NCBI GenBank assembly: GCA_963841015.1
Contig: CAWJAX010000002.1
Span: 192,001 to 256,000 of the forward strand
DNA length: 64,000 nt
From: an uncultured Methanoregulaceae archaeon
Lineage (GTDB): Archaea > Halobacteriota > Methanomicrobia > Methanomicrobiales > Methanospirillaceae
Reading direction: 5' to 3'
The position numbers and the translations under genes were made by a program. Positions 53,972 to 64,000 of this stretch are shown here, one piece after another; position 1 is the stretch's first letter; every line of letters begins with the position of its first letter. The notes beneath the pieces were generated by a model. The model did no database searches. It saw only the letters and a list, made by a program, of their open reading frames with translations, and was not told the origin of the DNA.

Positions 53972-54571
53972 ATGGAGTTTGCAGAGATTGTGATGTCGCG
54001 GTATGCGACAAAGAAGTTTGACGGCAGAAAGATTCCTGAAACGAGGATCAACGAGCTTCTCGAGATGGTACGGTTCGCTCCGTCTGCCCTGAACCTCCAG
54101 CCCTGGAAGATTAAGGTAGTAACCGACCAGAACGTAAAAGAGCAGCTTAAACCTGCAGCATTCAACCAGGAACAGGTCACGAGCTGTTCGCATCTCTTTG
54201 TTTTCTGTGCAGATCCCGATTATGAGAGCCTCATCCGGAGGCTTGGAGCCCTCTTACAAAAGAGTGGTGCACCTGACGAGATGCAGAAGATGATCATCGG
54301 GATGGCGGTCCAGTTTACGCAGAACATGTCAAAGGACCAGAAACTGGCATGGTCCCAGGCCCAGACCTATCTTGCGCTGGGAAATGCCTTAAACGGTGCA
54401 AAATCACTCGGTTTTGATTCCTGTCCTATGGGGGGGTTCGACCCGGCAGAGTTTATTCGGATCCTTAAGATCCCCCCGCCCCTTGTTCCCACTATGCTCT
54501 GCCCGGTGGGGTACGCAGCTGACCAGCCGATGCAAAAAATACGATTTGCACGAGAGGAGATCGTGTTCTGA
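53972..54571 (+). CDS. NAD(P)H nitroreductase (NfsB-like)
   Basis: RYATKKF, APSALNLQPW, GFDSCPMGGFD. Confidence 0.93.
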   Translation: MEFAEIVMSRYATKKFDGRKIPETRINELLEMVRFAPSALNLQPWKIKVVTDQNVKEQLKPAAFNQEQVTSCSHLFVFCADPDYESLIRRLGALLQKSGAPDEMQKMIIGMAVQFTQNMSKDQKLAWSQAQTYLALGNALNGAKSLGFDSCPMGGFDPAEFIRILKIPPPLVPTMLCPVGYAADQPMQKIRFAREEIVF

Positions 54572-54678
54572 ACCGGGGACAGTATCCTCGCCGGGAACAT
54601 CATCGAAATTACAATGCAGGAATAACAGGTATTACCCGGAATGTCGAGACCGGGATATGACATACAGGTGTTAGTGTG

Positions 54679-55570
54679 ATGAAGCAGGACATGACGACTT
54701 TTTTGGAGCTTGTTCAGGAGGTCAGGATCGGCGAGCTGCTCAAAGGCGCTGGCGATAAGCGTTACGAAGCCAGTGGCGTCCACCTGAAGGATGGTTATCT
54801 CCACATCATTTTCGATGATGATCCCCACCTTTTGCGCCTCAAACCGGATTGGCGCCACGCGGGAGAGGAGCCTGTCCTGCTGGATTTGAAAGGGACAGGA
54901 TCTGGCTATGAAGATATCACGTATCAGTCTTCAACCAACCGGTGGTATTGTCTGATCGAGGCCGCCGAAACGAAGTCGGGGGTCTCCATGCCACGCGTCG
55001 ATGAGTTTGACGAATCGTTCACCTTTATCAAAAGCTACTGGTTGAACTTCCCGCTGAAAGCCGGCAACAAGGGTTTCGAAGGCTTGTCGATCCTGCGTTA
55101 TGCCGGGAACGATTACCTGCTCGGTCTGTGCGAGGGAAATGACTGCAAAAGCGGGAGATCCGGAGTTAAACCGGGAAAGGGACGTATCCAGGTCTTTTTG
55201 AGGGCTGCGGAAACCTGGGAGCATGTTGGAACCATCAGGCTGCCAAAAGCGGTGCGTTACAAGGACTACTCAAGCCTCGATTTCCAAAACGGTTATCTGA
55301 CGGTGATCTCGCAGGCTTCTTCGGCTATGTGGGTTGGGCGCATTCGTGCGCAGCCAGCCGGACTTGAAGATCCGTTCGAAGACGATGGCCAGTTGTTTCT
55401 GTTCCCACGCGACGATAAAGGTCGGATTATGTACCTGTAATCTGGAAGGTGTTACCTGGCTGGGAAACGACCGGCTGGCAGTTGTATCGGATAAAGGAAA
55501 GGCGAATCAGTCCAAACGCTGTGCCAGCACAGACCAATCGATCCACATCTTCAGACTACCCGCTGGCTGA
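54679..55570 (+). CDS. Beta-propeller protein (SdiA-regulated/YjiK-like; frameshift near 55434)
   Basis: YEASGV, YEDIT, GFEGL, NLEGVTW blade-like motifs. Confidence 0.6.
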
Positions 55571-55681
55571 AAGTATATCGTGCAAATTATTTTGTTTACC
55601 TACTCTCAAAACGTCGAATGGTTAAAAAAAACAATACGACACAGCAAAACTATTTTTGGCAGATACCAACAACAACTCCCC

Positions 55682-56572
55682 ATGGCAGGGATACGCAGCG
55701 GGGGGAAAGAACCATCACTCCGCGATCTTACCCGCGTCAACCTCACCAACCTTGACAGAGTTATGTTTCCTGCGCTTGCTATCACCAAACAGGAGGTCAT
55801 CACCTACTATGTCAGAATGGCCCCGCGTATCCTCCCCTTTGTTCATAACCGGCCGCTTACCATGCACCGGTTCCCCGGCGGGGTTGGGGGAGAAGCATTT
55901 TACGAGAAAGATGCCCCGCAGGGAACCCCGGACTATGTGGACATATTCACCCGGTATTCTGAGACTTCTGATCGCGAGGTCCATTTCATCCTGTGCAATA
56001 ACCTTGATACCCTCATCTGGCTTGCAAACCTCGCTTCCCTTGAACTCCATGTCACCCTCTCAGGAGCAGGGGCGTATGATTCCCCCGATCTCCTGCTGTT
56101 TGATATCGATCCGGAACCGCCTCTTTCGTTTGATGATACAATCGATGTCGCCCTTATTGTTCATGAACGGCTGGCAGAGGTCGGCATACAGTCATACGTG
56201 AAAACGTCGGGGAAAAAAGGACTCCATATAGTTGTCCCGCTGAAAGCCGGCTACCACTTCGAAGAGATCAGGACATTTGCCCATAATCTGGGAAAAAAAA
56301 TTGCCCGGGACACCCCGGGAGTGGTCTCGGAGTTCCCCCATTCGCAGGACCCCGGGACGATCTTCATCGACTACCTCCAGAACGCCCACGGGAAAACCAT
56401 GGCAGCTCCCTACAGCCTCAGGGCAACCGATAGCGCAACGGTATCCGCGCCACTCCGCTGGGACCAGCTCAGGCACGGGGTACGTCCCGAAGATTTTAAT
56501 ATACGGACAATGCTTTCAGGAAATGAAGACCCATGGAGGGGTATTTTTGACACCAGGCAGACAATCGGGTGA
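55682..56572 (+). CDS. ligD: NHEJ primase-polymerase (LigD Pol domain)
   Basis: LTNLDRV, RFPGG, FYEK, FDIDP, KTSGKKGLH, FIDYLQN, APYSLR. Confidence 0.95.
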   Translation: MAGIRSGGKEPSLRDLTRVNLTNLDRVMFPALAITKQEVITYYVRMAPRILPFVHNRPLTMHRFPGGVGGEAFYEKDAPQGTPDYVDIFTRYSETSDREVHFILCNNLDTLIWLANLASLELHVTLSGAGAYDSPDLLLFDIDPEPPLSFDDTIDVALIVHERLAEVGIQSYVKTSGKKGLHIVVPLKAGYHFEEIRTFAHNLGKKIARDTPGVVSEFPHSQDPGTIFIDYLQNAHGKTMAAPYSLRATDSATVSAPLRWDQLRHGVRPEDFNIRTMLSGNEDPWRGIFDTRQTIG

Positions 56573-56660
56573 TAAATCCGGCCACCGCTCATTACCGGGC
56601 AAAAGAAAAAAGAATGACACAGGAGCTTTACCCAAAGGAGCCGTGTCAATAACGGAAAAT

Positions 56661-57509
56661 ATGGAGGAAAAAAAGGACCAGCCCAAAACCATGGTCGTGC
56701 CCACACCCCCCCCGGATGAACCTGTACACACGGGGAAAGCAGGCAGGTCCTTCTGGAGCGGGAGCATCACGATCGGGCTGGTCAATGTGCCAGTCCGTCT
56801 GCATACGATGGTGAGGGACCGGTCGTTCTCGTTCCGGCTGCTTCACCGTGAAGACGGACAGCCGCTCAGGTATGACCGGGTCTGCACAAAAGACGGGCGG
56901 GTTATACCGTGGGCAGATACGGTAAAAGGGTATGAGGTGCGAAAAGGAGAATATGTGGTTTTTGAACCCGAAGAACTCAAAGCGGTCATGCCGGAATCTG
57001 ACCGGAAGATCAGGATTGAGAAATTTGTGTATTATCTTTCGCTTGACCCGATCTATTTTGAAACCCCGTACATCCTTGTTCCTGACCGGAGCGAGGAGGC
57101 GTACAGCCTGCTGGTCACTGCGCTCCAGGACCTTGGCCAGGCTGCAGTCGGGACAATAACTCTCCGGACAAAGGAGTATCCCGTGGTGGTGCATGTGTAC
57201 GGCGGGGGTCTCGTCCTGACAACCTTACGACACGCAGATGAAGTCACGTCTCCCCACGCATTTGAGGAACTGACCAGCCTTCCTGCCCCAAAGGAACGTG
57301 AGCTGGCGCTGGCAAAACGGATCATTGCCGAACTTTCCGGAGATTTTTCCATAACGGATTACCCTGACCACTACCAGGAAGCAGTCATGAGCCTTATTGA
57401 AAAGAAGCTTGCCGGTGAGAAGATTGTGCGGGAAGAACCTCACCCTGAAGAAGCAAAAGAGCTTATGCAGGCCTTACAGGAGACTATTGCCACGCTGGGC
57501 GGAAAATAA
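56661..57509 (+). CDS. ku: Ku protein
   Basis: WSGSITIGLVNVPVRL, VKGYEV, DPIYFETPY, KERELALA. Confidence 0.95.
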   Translation: MEEKKDQPKTMVVPTPPPDEPVHTGKAGRSFWSGSITIGLVNVPVRLHTMVRDRSFSFRLLHREDGQPLRYDRVCTKDGRVIPWADTVKGYEVRKGEYVVFEPEELKAVMPESDRKIRIEKFVYYLSLDPIYFETPYILVPDRSEEAYSLLVTALQDLGQAAVGTITLRTKEYPVVVHVYGGGLVLTTLRHADEVTSPHAFEELTSLPAPKERELALAKRIIAELSGDFSITDYPDHYQEAVMSLIEKKLAGEKIVREEPHPEEAKELMQALQETIATLGGK

Positions 57510-57526
57510 CAATTTTTTGAGAGCAT

Positions 57527-59140
57527 ATGAAAACCCGATATCTCCCGATGCTCGCCCGGTCCGCAACCGGACCTTTCAACAGCGATGCCTGGCTTTTTGA
57601 GATCAAATGGGATGGTGTACGGGCAATAGCCTACATCAATGATACGCTGTCCCTGAAGAGCCGGAATGATTCGGAACTGGGAGGACAGTTCCCTGAGCTG
57701 GGCGAACTTTTAACCCTCGCACCCGGCACGGTGCTCGATGGGGAGATTGTTGCGATGAGGGGCGGGAAACCGGATATGCAGGCCCTTCTTTCCCGGCTGC
57801 AAACGGGGAGCGGAAGAATACCTCCTCACGGAGTGTCCGTTCCTGTCACCTACATCGTATTTGACATTCTCGAAAAAGATAAAAAACCGTTGACAGATCT
57901 CCCTTTTCTTAAAAGGCGAGAGATCCTGAAAACCGCAGTTGCGGAAGGCTCTCACGTTATCCTCTCTGTTCCGGTGGAAGGAAAAGGGGAGGACTACTAC
58001 CATGCAGCGATCTCAAAAGGTCTGGAAGGGATCATGGCAAAACGAAAAGACAGCCGGTATGAACCCGGGTTGCGGAGTGGTGCATGGCTGAAGGTAAAAG
58101 AACAGAAGACCTGTGACTGCGTGATCAGCGGGTATACGGCCGGAAAGGGAGCCCGCAGCGCTACGTTCGGGGCGCTCATTCTCGGTTTGTATGAAAACAA
58201 TGACGGGAATGTATCCTCTGGAGGGGGAACAGGCAGTCTTAACGCTCCGCACGATTCCCGTCCTGCCGGATCTGCAGGCAGAATACTGCTCTCTGTCGGT
58301 AAAGTCGGGACAGGATTTTCAGACCGCGATCGCGAAGCGCTCATGGAAACCTTCTCACAACTCAGGACCGCTACGCCGCAACTGCAGGGTATTAAACCCG
58401 ATAAGACGGTGGTCTGGCTCGAGCCGGTCCTTGTCGGTGAGGTGGCGTACCAGGAAGTTACACGGGACAGGAAACTGAGAATGCCCCGGTTCATCAGGAT
58501 CCGTTCTGATAAAAAACCCGGGGAGTGCACCACGGACCAGTTTTCAGGAATTGAGGCAGGCCCTTCACCAACAAGCACGTTCAGGAAAGAACCGATCCCT
58601 GCCAAGGCCAATACAGGAAGCACATCTAATGACAGGCCAGAAAACACAGAGATGGCACCAGAGGATCAGCACCCGGGACACCCCAACGGAGATGCGCTCA
58701 GGAGTTATCAGGAAAAGCGGAATTTTTCAATAACCCGGGAACCGGAAGGACCGAGAACAATGACAGAAGGAAATTCTTTTGTAATCCAGGAGCACCATGC
58801 GCACAGGCTGCATTACGATTTCCGCCTGGAACGCGACGGAGTGCTGAAAAGCTGGGCAGTGCCTAAGGGCATACCCGAGGTACCCGGTGAGAAACATCTT
58901 GCCGTGGCAGTGGAAGACCATCCTCTTGAATACGGGCACTTTGAGGGTACCATTGCCAAAGGCGAATACGGGGCGGGCACCGTTACCATCTGGGATGAGG
59001 GGACCTATGATACAAAACACTGGGCGGGTGATAAGATTGAAGTCATCCTCCACGGGCGCCGGTTGAGCGGCCATTATGTGCTTGTTCCCTTCAAACGTGC
59101 AGGGAAGAATGAATGGCTGATCTTTAAAGCTGGAGGATAA
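57527..59140 (+). CDS. ligD: ATP-dependent DNA ligase fused to LigD 3'-phosphoesterase (Lig-PE)
   Basis: EIKWDGVR, LDGE, FDIL, EGIMAK, WLKVK, OB domain, linker, then YQEKRNF..EP, FVIQEH, HYDFRLE, SWAVPKG, EDHP. Confidence 0.93.
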   Translation: MKTRYLPMLARSATGPFNSDAWLFEIKWDGVRAIAYINDTLSLKSRNDSELGGQFPELGELLTLAPGTVLDGEIVAMRGGKPDMQALLSRLQTGSGRIPPHGVSVPVTYIVFDILEKDKKPLTDLPFLKRREILKTAVAEGSHVILSVPVEGKGEDYYHAAISKGLEGIMAKRKDSRYEPGLRSGAWLKVKEQKTCDCVISGYTAGKGARSATFGALILGLYENNDGNVSSGGGTGSLNAPHDSRPAGSAGRILLSVGKVGTGFSDRDREALMETFSQLRTATPQLQGIKPDKTVVWLEPVLVGEVAYQEVTRDRKLRMPRFIRIRSDKKPGECTTDQFSGIEAGPSPTSTFRKEPIPAKANTGSTSNDRPENTEMAPEDQHPGHPNGDALRSYQEKRNFSITREPEGPRTMTEGNSFVIQEHHAHRLHYDFRLERDGVLKSWAVPKGIPEVPGEKHLAVAVEDHPLEYGHFEGTIAKGEYGAGTVTIWDEGTYDTKHWAGDKIEVILHGRRLSGHYVLVPFKRAGKNEWLIFKAGG

Positions 59141-59201
59141 GGGGCGTTACCACCATCGCCGGAAAAAGGAGCTGGTCCGGGTTGTTCCTCGCACAGTACC
59201 C

Positions 59202-59822
59202 TTACCGCGGGTTCCGCAGCATGGCTGTATGAACGATACCTGAATCCGGTAAAACCACCTGTTCAATCACCTGGAAACCATAGTGTTCGTACAGGCCGAT
59301 ATTGTTTTCATTCTGGGTATTGAGATAACAGGGAAGCTTCTGCATATCCAGCCATCCGAGCATAGGGGTGATCAGCCTGCTTGCAACCCTTTTCTTCTGG
59401 TATGCGGGATCCACACCGATAAAGAACAGGTAGTAATGGGAATACGGAGCATGTTTTTTATGAAGCACATCGATTTTTTTGGAAAAAGACATGAGGCGAT
59501 CCATTATTCCTTTCCCCAGGTGTTTTTGCAGTGCCATCCCTCCTGAACGGAATGCTCTCCAGAATGTTACTTCAGATTTCGCTGATGGCAGCCAGACAGC
59601 GACACCTTCTACAGCGGGAGAGGTTGTATAGACCTCGCCATAGTTCATACCGTACTGGAGTTCGAATTCGAAAAGATACCGTGAGAGTTCTTTTTTTGTG
59701 GCGATATCCGGTAGAAGGTGGGTTAGTTTCGGATCATCAAAAAATGCCCGGGTGAGCATTGCACCCGCTTGCCCGACCTGGTGCTTTGACAGCCGTACGA
59801 TATCTCCTTTGAGCTCCACCAT
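59202..59822 (-). CDS. GNAT N-acetyltransferase
   Basis: YLFFIGVDPAYQ, CYLNT, LYEHYGF. Confidence 0.9.
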   Translation of the reverse strand: MVELKGDIVRLSKHQVGQAGAMLTRAFFDDPKLTHLLPDIATKKELSRYLFEFELQYGMNYGEVYTTSPAVEGVAVWLPSAKSEVTFWRAFRSGGMALQKHLGKGIMDRLMSFSKKIDVLHKKHAPYSHYYLFFIGVDPAYQKKRVASRLITPMLGWLDMQKLPCYLNTQNENNIGLYEHYGFQVIEQVVLPDSGIVHTAMLRNPR

Positions 59823-59886
59823 GACCCTTCACCGGGGAGCATTTGCATCCGTATTTTTATAAAAGTTTCCTTATTTAACCGGACGA

Positions 59887-60825
59887 TCACCTGTCGTTGT
59901 TCGTTTTTTTCCTGTTCTTGACCGGGGTCTCCAGACCGTTGTCTTCCTGTTCCATCTCCTTCTTTGCAGCAAGCAGAGCTTTCATGTTTTCACTGCTCAC
60001 TGAGGGGTACGAGAGCCTGAGGCGATCCAGTGTATCAGAGATTACCGAAGTGACCGCGAGGTGGGTGAACCATTTGTTGTCCGCAGGGATGATATACCAC
60101 GGTGCATGAGGAGTGCTCGTTGCATTGAACATATCCTGGTACGCGGCCATATATGCATCCCGGTATTTCATCTCCCCGATATCTTTTGCAGAGAACTTCC
60201 AGTGCTTTTCCGGCTCGTTAATCCTCTCAATGAACCGCTTTTTCTGCACTTCCGGGGAGACATGTAAGAAAAATTTCAGGACAATTATCCCATTATTCAC
60301 CAGATAATTTTCAAAACAGTTGATCTCATTGAACCGCCGCTCCCAGATAGTGTTGTCTTTTAAGTGCGGTGGGATCTGTTCATGCCCGAGAAGTTCAGGA
60401 TGAACCCGGACAACCAGGACCTCTTCATAATACGAGCGGTTGAAAATCCCGATGTTGCCCCGCCGCGGCAGGACCCTGGTATTCCGCCACAGGTAATCAT
60501 GGTCGAGTTCTTCTGCGCTGGGCACCTTGAAACTCGAGACCTCGACACCCTGGGGGTTCACTCCTGACATCACGTGCTTGATAGTGCTGTCTTTGCCCGC
60601 TGCATCCAGAGCCTGCAGGATGATAAGCAGGGCATAGGTATTCTGGGCGTACAGTATGTCCTGTTGTTCTGCCAGCAACCGGATCCCCTGTTCGAGAGCC
60701 TCACCGGTCTCCTCTTTTTTCACAAAATTACCCGTATAACCGGGATCATAATCCCTGATCAGGTCGATGTGTCTGCCCGGCTCGACGCGGAGTTCATCCA
60801 GGAGTATTTTTATTTCATTTTTCAT
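59887..60825 (-). CDS. ppk2: Polyphosphate kinase 2 family (class III-like)
   Basis: QALDAAGKDS, GVNPQG, FNRSYYE, KFFLHVS, WKFS. Confidence 0.93.
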   Translation of the reverse strand: MKNEIKILLDELRVEPGRHIDLIRDYDPGYTGNFVKKEETGEALEQGIRLLAEQQDILYAQNTYALLIILQALDAAGKDSTIKHVMSGVNPQGVEVSSFKVPSAEELDHDYLWRNTRVLPRRGNIGIFNRSYYEEVLVVRVHPELLGHEQIPPHLKDNTIWERRFNEINCFENYLVNNGIIVLKFFLHVSPEVQKKRFIERINEPEKHWKFSAKDIGEMKYRDAYMAAYQDMFNATSTPHAPWYIIPADNKWFTHLAVTSVISDTLDRLRLSYPSVSSENMKALLAAKKEMEQEDNGLETPVKNRKKTNNDR

Positions 60826-60994
60826 ACTGCACCGTAATGCTGATTATAGTCTGATATCCTTAAATGCATCCTTACGTGACAGTATCAGGATTGGAAAGAC
60901 GCCTGAGCCTTAAAATGCGGACAGTAACCGAAAGGAAGAGACCCGCTCATCCTGGCTTTACCTATTAAAAAGCCGGAAAGCTTTTGCGTGGGCT

Positions 60995-61766
60995 TCAGGA
61001 AGAATGCACAGCGTTGCTCCGGGCAATCTTTGTTTTTACCTTGTCCCAGGTTTTCGTGATCAGGAAACTCTCTTCGCTATACCCAATCATCTTTTCAAAC
61101 TTTTTCATCGGGATGGCAAGGGTCAGGATATCCACCGGAACACACGGACGTGCTGAAGGATCGAACATCCCGAGTACTGCCCGGGGTTTATCACTCTGCT
61201 GTTCCACCCGGGGGTAGTGGATTATCGAGGAGCACCCGGAACCAAACGGGCAGATAACCCCGTTCGGGTCAGCCTGGTCGAAATTGGCGAGCGTGAACAG
61301 CGCCGACAGCACTTCAGGACGTGCATAGAAGATGACCACGGCCGGGTTGTCTTCTGGTGCAAGCTTATCCCAGCGCCTGAACGTATAGCACCTGCCGGCA
61401 GACTGGCAGGGAGACATGCCGGGCGTCGACCTCATCAACAATATCCGGTGTCCTTTTGTAACGCTCTCCCTCAACCACACCTGGTTTTCCTGAGGAGAGG
61501 AAGTACCGGAATTGTTCGTTGCGCTGCGTGTCATAACCCATATAAAACAGTCCCCCGCTGCAGGTAACAGACGTGCGGTCAAAGACAAGCGAGGTCCCTT
61601 TCCTCACCCGTGCAAGATCGCAGATCATGCAACGCCAGCCACCAGGAGTTTTGGCTTTCTCTGCAGTCCCGTCCCCCTCCCCGATCTCAAAGGTGATCGG
61701 CAGTTCCGCACCCGGGCAGTACTCCTGCCACAGCGTTATAAACCGGTCGCGAATCCCCATATCCAT
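60995..61766 (-). CDS. DUF169 family protein (frameshift near 61400)
   Basis: C..C.LARVRKG, CSGG, EGERYK, GSGCSSI, FDPSARP. Confidence 0.8.
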
Positions 61767-61909
61767 GTGATGGTGTCTTCCCATGATCGATATAAAGGGA
61801 TCCTACGGCTGCATCAAAGGAAGGAGGACAACTTCACCAGCAGGCAGCGGATTCATCCATAAGGTATTCAAGAGATCCGGTACGACTAATAGGATCAGGA
61901 GTGTGGTGA

Positions 61910-62482
61910 AGGATCGAGCCGGTAGTCTGGGGAGCAGCAACCTTACCCCTCATTATCCTGATTGCACGGATCGTCGAGACCAGCCTTGAAACGGTCAGGA
62001 CCATCTACATCAACCGCGGACATGCAAATCTTGCCGGCTGGATAGGTATCGTAAAAACCGGTATCTGGCTGCTCTCAACCGGCATTGTCATCACCAACCT
62101 TGGGGATTACTGGAACCTGTTTGCTTATCTTGCCGGGTACGGACTCGGGACCCTGCTTGGTATGCAGATCGAGAACATGATCTCCCTCGGGCATGTGATC
62201 GTCCGGCTTATCACCCCCATGGATCCCCAGCCCCTGATAAGCGAGCTCTCCACGCTTGGGTACGGGATGACCCGGATCGAGGGATCCGGGAGTTTTTCCC
62301 CCGCCGTCTCTATCATCTTCATGATCGTTCCCCGTAAAGAACTCGGACGATTGCTGGGGGTGTTGTCATCCCGGTATCCTGATATTCTCTATACGGTAGA
62401 AGATGTGCGCAACATCAAAGAAGGGGCAAAGATTTTCCACAAGGATACAAAGAGCTGGATCCTGGGATTCTTCGGGTTATAA
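61910..62482 (+). CDS. UPF0316/YebE (DUF5698-DUF2179) membrane protein (AGG at apparent start)
   Basis: In-frame [37 protein letters not shown]. Confidence 0.75.
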   Translation, partial: RIEPVVWGAATLPLIILIARIVETSLETVRTIYINRGHANLAGWIGIVKTGIWLLSTGIVITNLGDYWNLFAYLAGYGLGTLLGMQIENMISLGHVIVRLITPMDPQPLISELSTLGYGMTRIEGSGSFSPAVSIIFMIVPRKELGRLLGVLSSRYPDILYTVEDVRNIKEGAKIFHKDTKSWILGFFGL

Positions 62483-62561
62483 CCTTCTTTTGGTTCATCC
62501 ACATCTCCCCGATCAAAAGGTCTATGTTCCCGCTGTGCTATCACTTCTGGAGGATAAAATC

Positions 62562-63025
62562 ATGGATACCCCCAAAAAAGCAGGGACACTGATACCCATC
62601 TTCAATGCAAGGACCGGGAAGGCTGAAGACGTTCCCCCGGTCATAAAAACCGATGCGGAGTGGAAAGCGCAGCTGACCCCCGAGCAATTTCAGGTTGCAC
62701 GGAAACAGGGTACGGAATACGCATTTACCGGTAAATACCATGCTTTCAAGGAACACGGTACTTATACCTGCATCTGCTGCGGCACCGACCTCTTTTTATC
62801 GGACACCAAGTTTGATTCCGGCACCGGCTGGCCCAGCTTTTTGCTCCCGTATCCGCACTCAATGTCCGTACCCATACCGATACTTCGGGTGGCATGGTGC
62901 GGAATGAAGTGCTCTGTGCCCGGTGCGGGGCACATCTCGGTCATGTCTTTGATGACGGCCCACCCCCGACCGGCAAACGCTACTGCATGAACTCGGCTGC
63001 GCTGGACTTCCATAAGACACCCTGA
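62562..63025 (+). CDS. msrB: Peptide-methionine (R)-S-oxide reductase (frameshift near 62840)
   Basis: [37 protein letters not shown]. Confidence 0.92.
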
Positions 63026-63095
63026 TCCCCGGGTGCATACCCGGCACAACACTTTTTATGCTGCTCTTCCCATAGCAGAGCAGGTGAATGGATCT

Positions 63096-63662
63096 ATGGG
63101 AAAAATTTCAGCAGGCAGGAATGTGTTCATCTATCCCATGCCGGTTACCTTGCTCGGCACGCTGGTTGACAAAAAACCCGATTTCATGGCGCTGGGGTGG
63201 ATCACCCGCGTGAATGCAAACCCCCCGACTGTTGGCTGCGGGGTCGGGCGGCACCACCATTCAGTACGCGGTATCGAAGAGAACAAAACGTTCAGTATCA
63301 ACTTCCCGTCAGCAGAAATGATGGAGAAGACAGATTTCTGCGGGCTGGTATCAGGAAAGGATGTTGACAAGGCATCGCTCTTTGATGTGTATTACGGGGA
63401 GCTGCAGACAGCCCCGATGATAGCCGAATGTCCGCTCTCCCTGGAATGCCGGTTGCAGGTCACGGTGGAAAATCCCACCAATAATTTTTACATCGGTGAA
63501 ATTATCGCATCCTACACAGAAGAGAAGTATCTCACTGATAAAAAACCGGATATCAGAAAGATCAACCCGCTCCTTCTTACCATGCCGGACAACCGCTACT
63601 GGACCGTGGGTGCATGTGCCGGTGATGCGTGGAATTGCGGAAAAAAACTGGTTCGGAAATAA
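63096..63662 (+). CDS. Flavin reductase-like (flavoredoxin) protein
   Basis: YPMPVTL, FSINFP, DFCGLVSG, APMIAECP. Confidence 0.9.
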   Translation: MGKISAGRNVFIYPMPVTLLGTLVDKKPDFMALGWITRVNANPPTVGCGVGRHHHSVRGIEENKTFSINFPSAEMMEKTDFCGLVSGKDVDKASLFDVYYGELQTAPMIAECPLSLECRLQVTVENPTNNFYIGEIIASYTEEKYLTDKKPDIRKINPLLLTMPDNRYWTVGACAGDAWNCGKKLVRK

Positions 63663-63680
63663 CCAGCAGGAGCCTGGCAG

Positions 63681-64000
63681 ATGCTCTATCGCCGGATGAA
63701 CCGGACAACAACGAAGCTTTCGATTCTCGGGTTTGGCTGCATGCGGCTGCCCCAGACAGCTGATTGCCGGATCGATGAACCAAAGGCTACAGCGATGGTA
63801 CGGTACGCGATTGATCGCGGTGTTAACTATCTCGACACGGCGTACGTATACCACAACGGCGAGAGCGAACCGTTTCTCGGGAGAGCCCTTGCCGGTGGCT
63901 ACCGTGAAAAAGTGCATCTCGCAACAAAACTCCCCGTGTGGGAGGTTCAGTCCCGGAAGGATATGGATCGGTTTCTCGACGAGCAGCTCTGCCGGCTCAA
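63681..64000 (+). CDS. Aldo/keto reductase, runs off the window end
   Basis: SILGFGCMRLP, GVNYLDTAY.YH.GESE, LATKLP. Confidence 0.92.
   Translation, partial: MLYRRMNRTTTKLSILGFGCMRLPQTADCRIDEPKATAMVRYAIDRGVNYLDTAYVYHNGESEPFLGRALAGGYREKVHLATKLPVWEVQSRKDMDRFLDEQLCRL

Noticed and set aside
1-64000. CRISPR arrays, tRNA/rRNA, transposases, integrases, prophage genes, Sec/Pyl read-through
   Set aside because: None visible. Split genes are explained by frameshifts rather than in-frame stops

Overview
Archaeal accessory or stress-response region, most consistent with a Methanomicrobiales (Methanoregula-like) methanogen. The taxonomy is inferred from gene content and protein style, not from a marker gene. 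There are about 65 coding regions and no rRNA, tRNA or CRISPR array. Main observations: (1) two paralogous diadenylate cyclase (DAC/DisA_N) domains fused to different sensors, a cytoplasmic pseudo-receiver-PAS-PAS-DAC and a membrane-anchored extracellular PKD-PKD-TM-DAC; (2) a kdp operon with an in-frame KdpC-KdpA fusion and a KdpD lacking the histidine-kinase half, with no kdpE; (3) three MscS channels, two of them flanking a STAND-like ATPase-wHTH gene and one divergent from a stomatin gene; (4) a complete NHEJ cluster (LigD polymerase, Ku, ligase-phosphoesterase fusion); (5) four copies of a ~205-bp TIR-bounded, hairpin-rich non-coding element (MITE-like); (6) a PurS-PurL fusion with purQ. 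About 14 genes carry single-base frameshifts, probably in part long-read assembly errors, so pseudogene calls are uncertain. All family assignments come from motif recognition by eye, with no database search.
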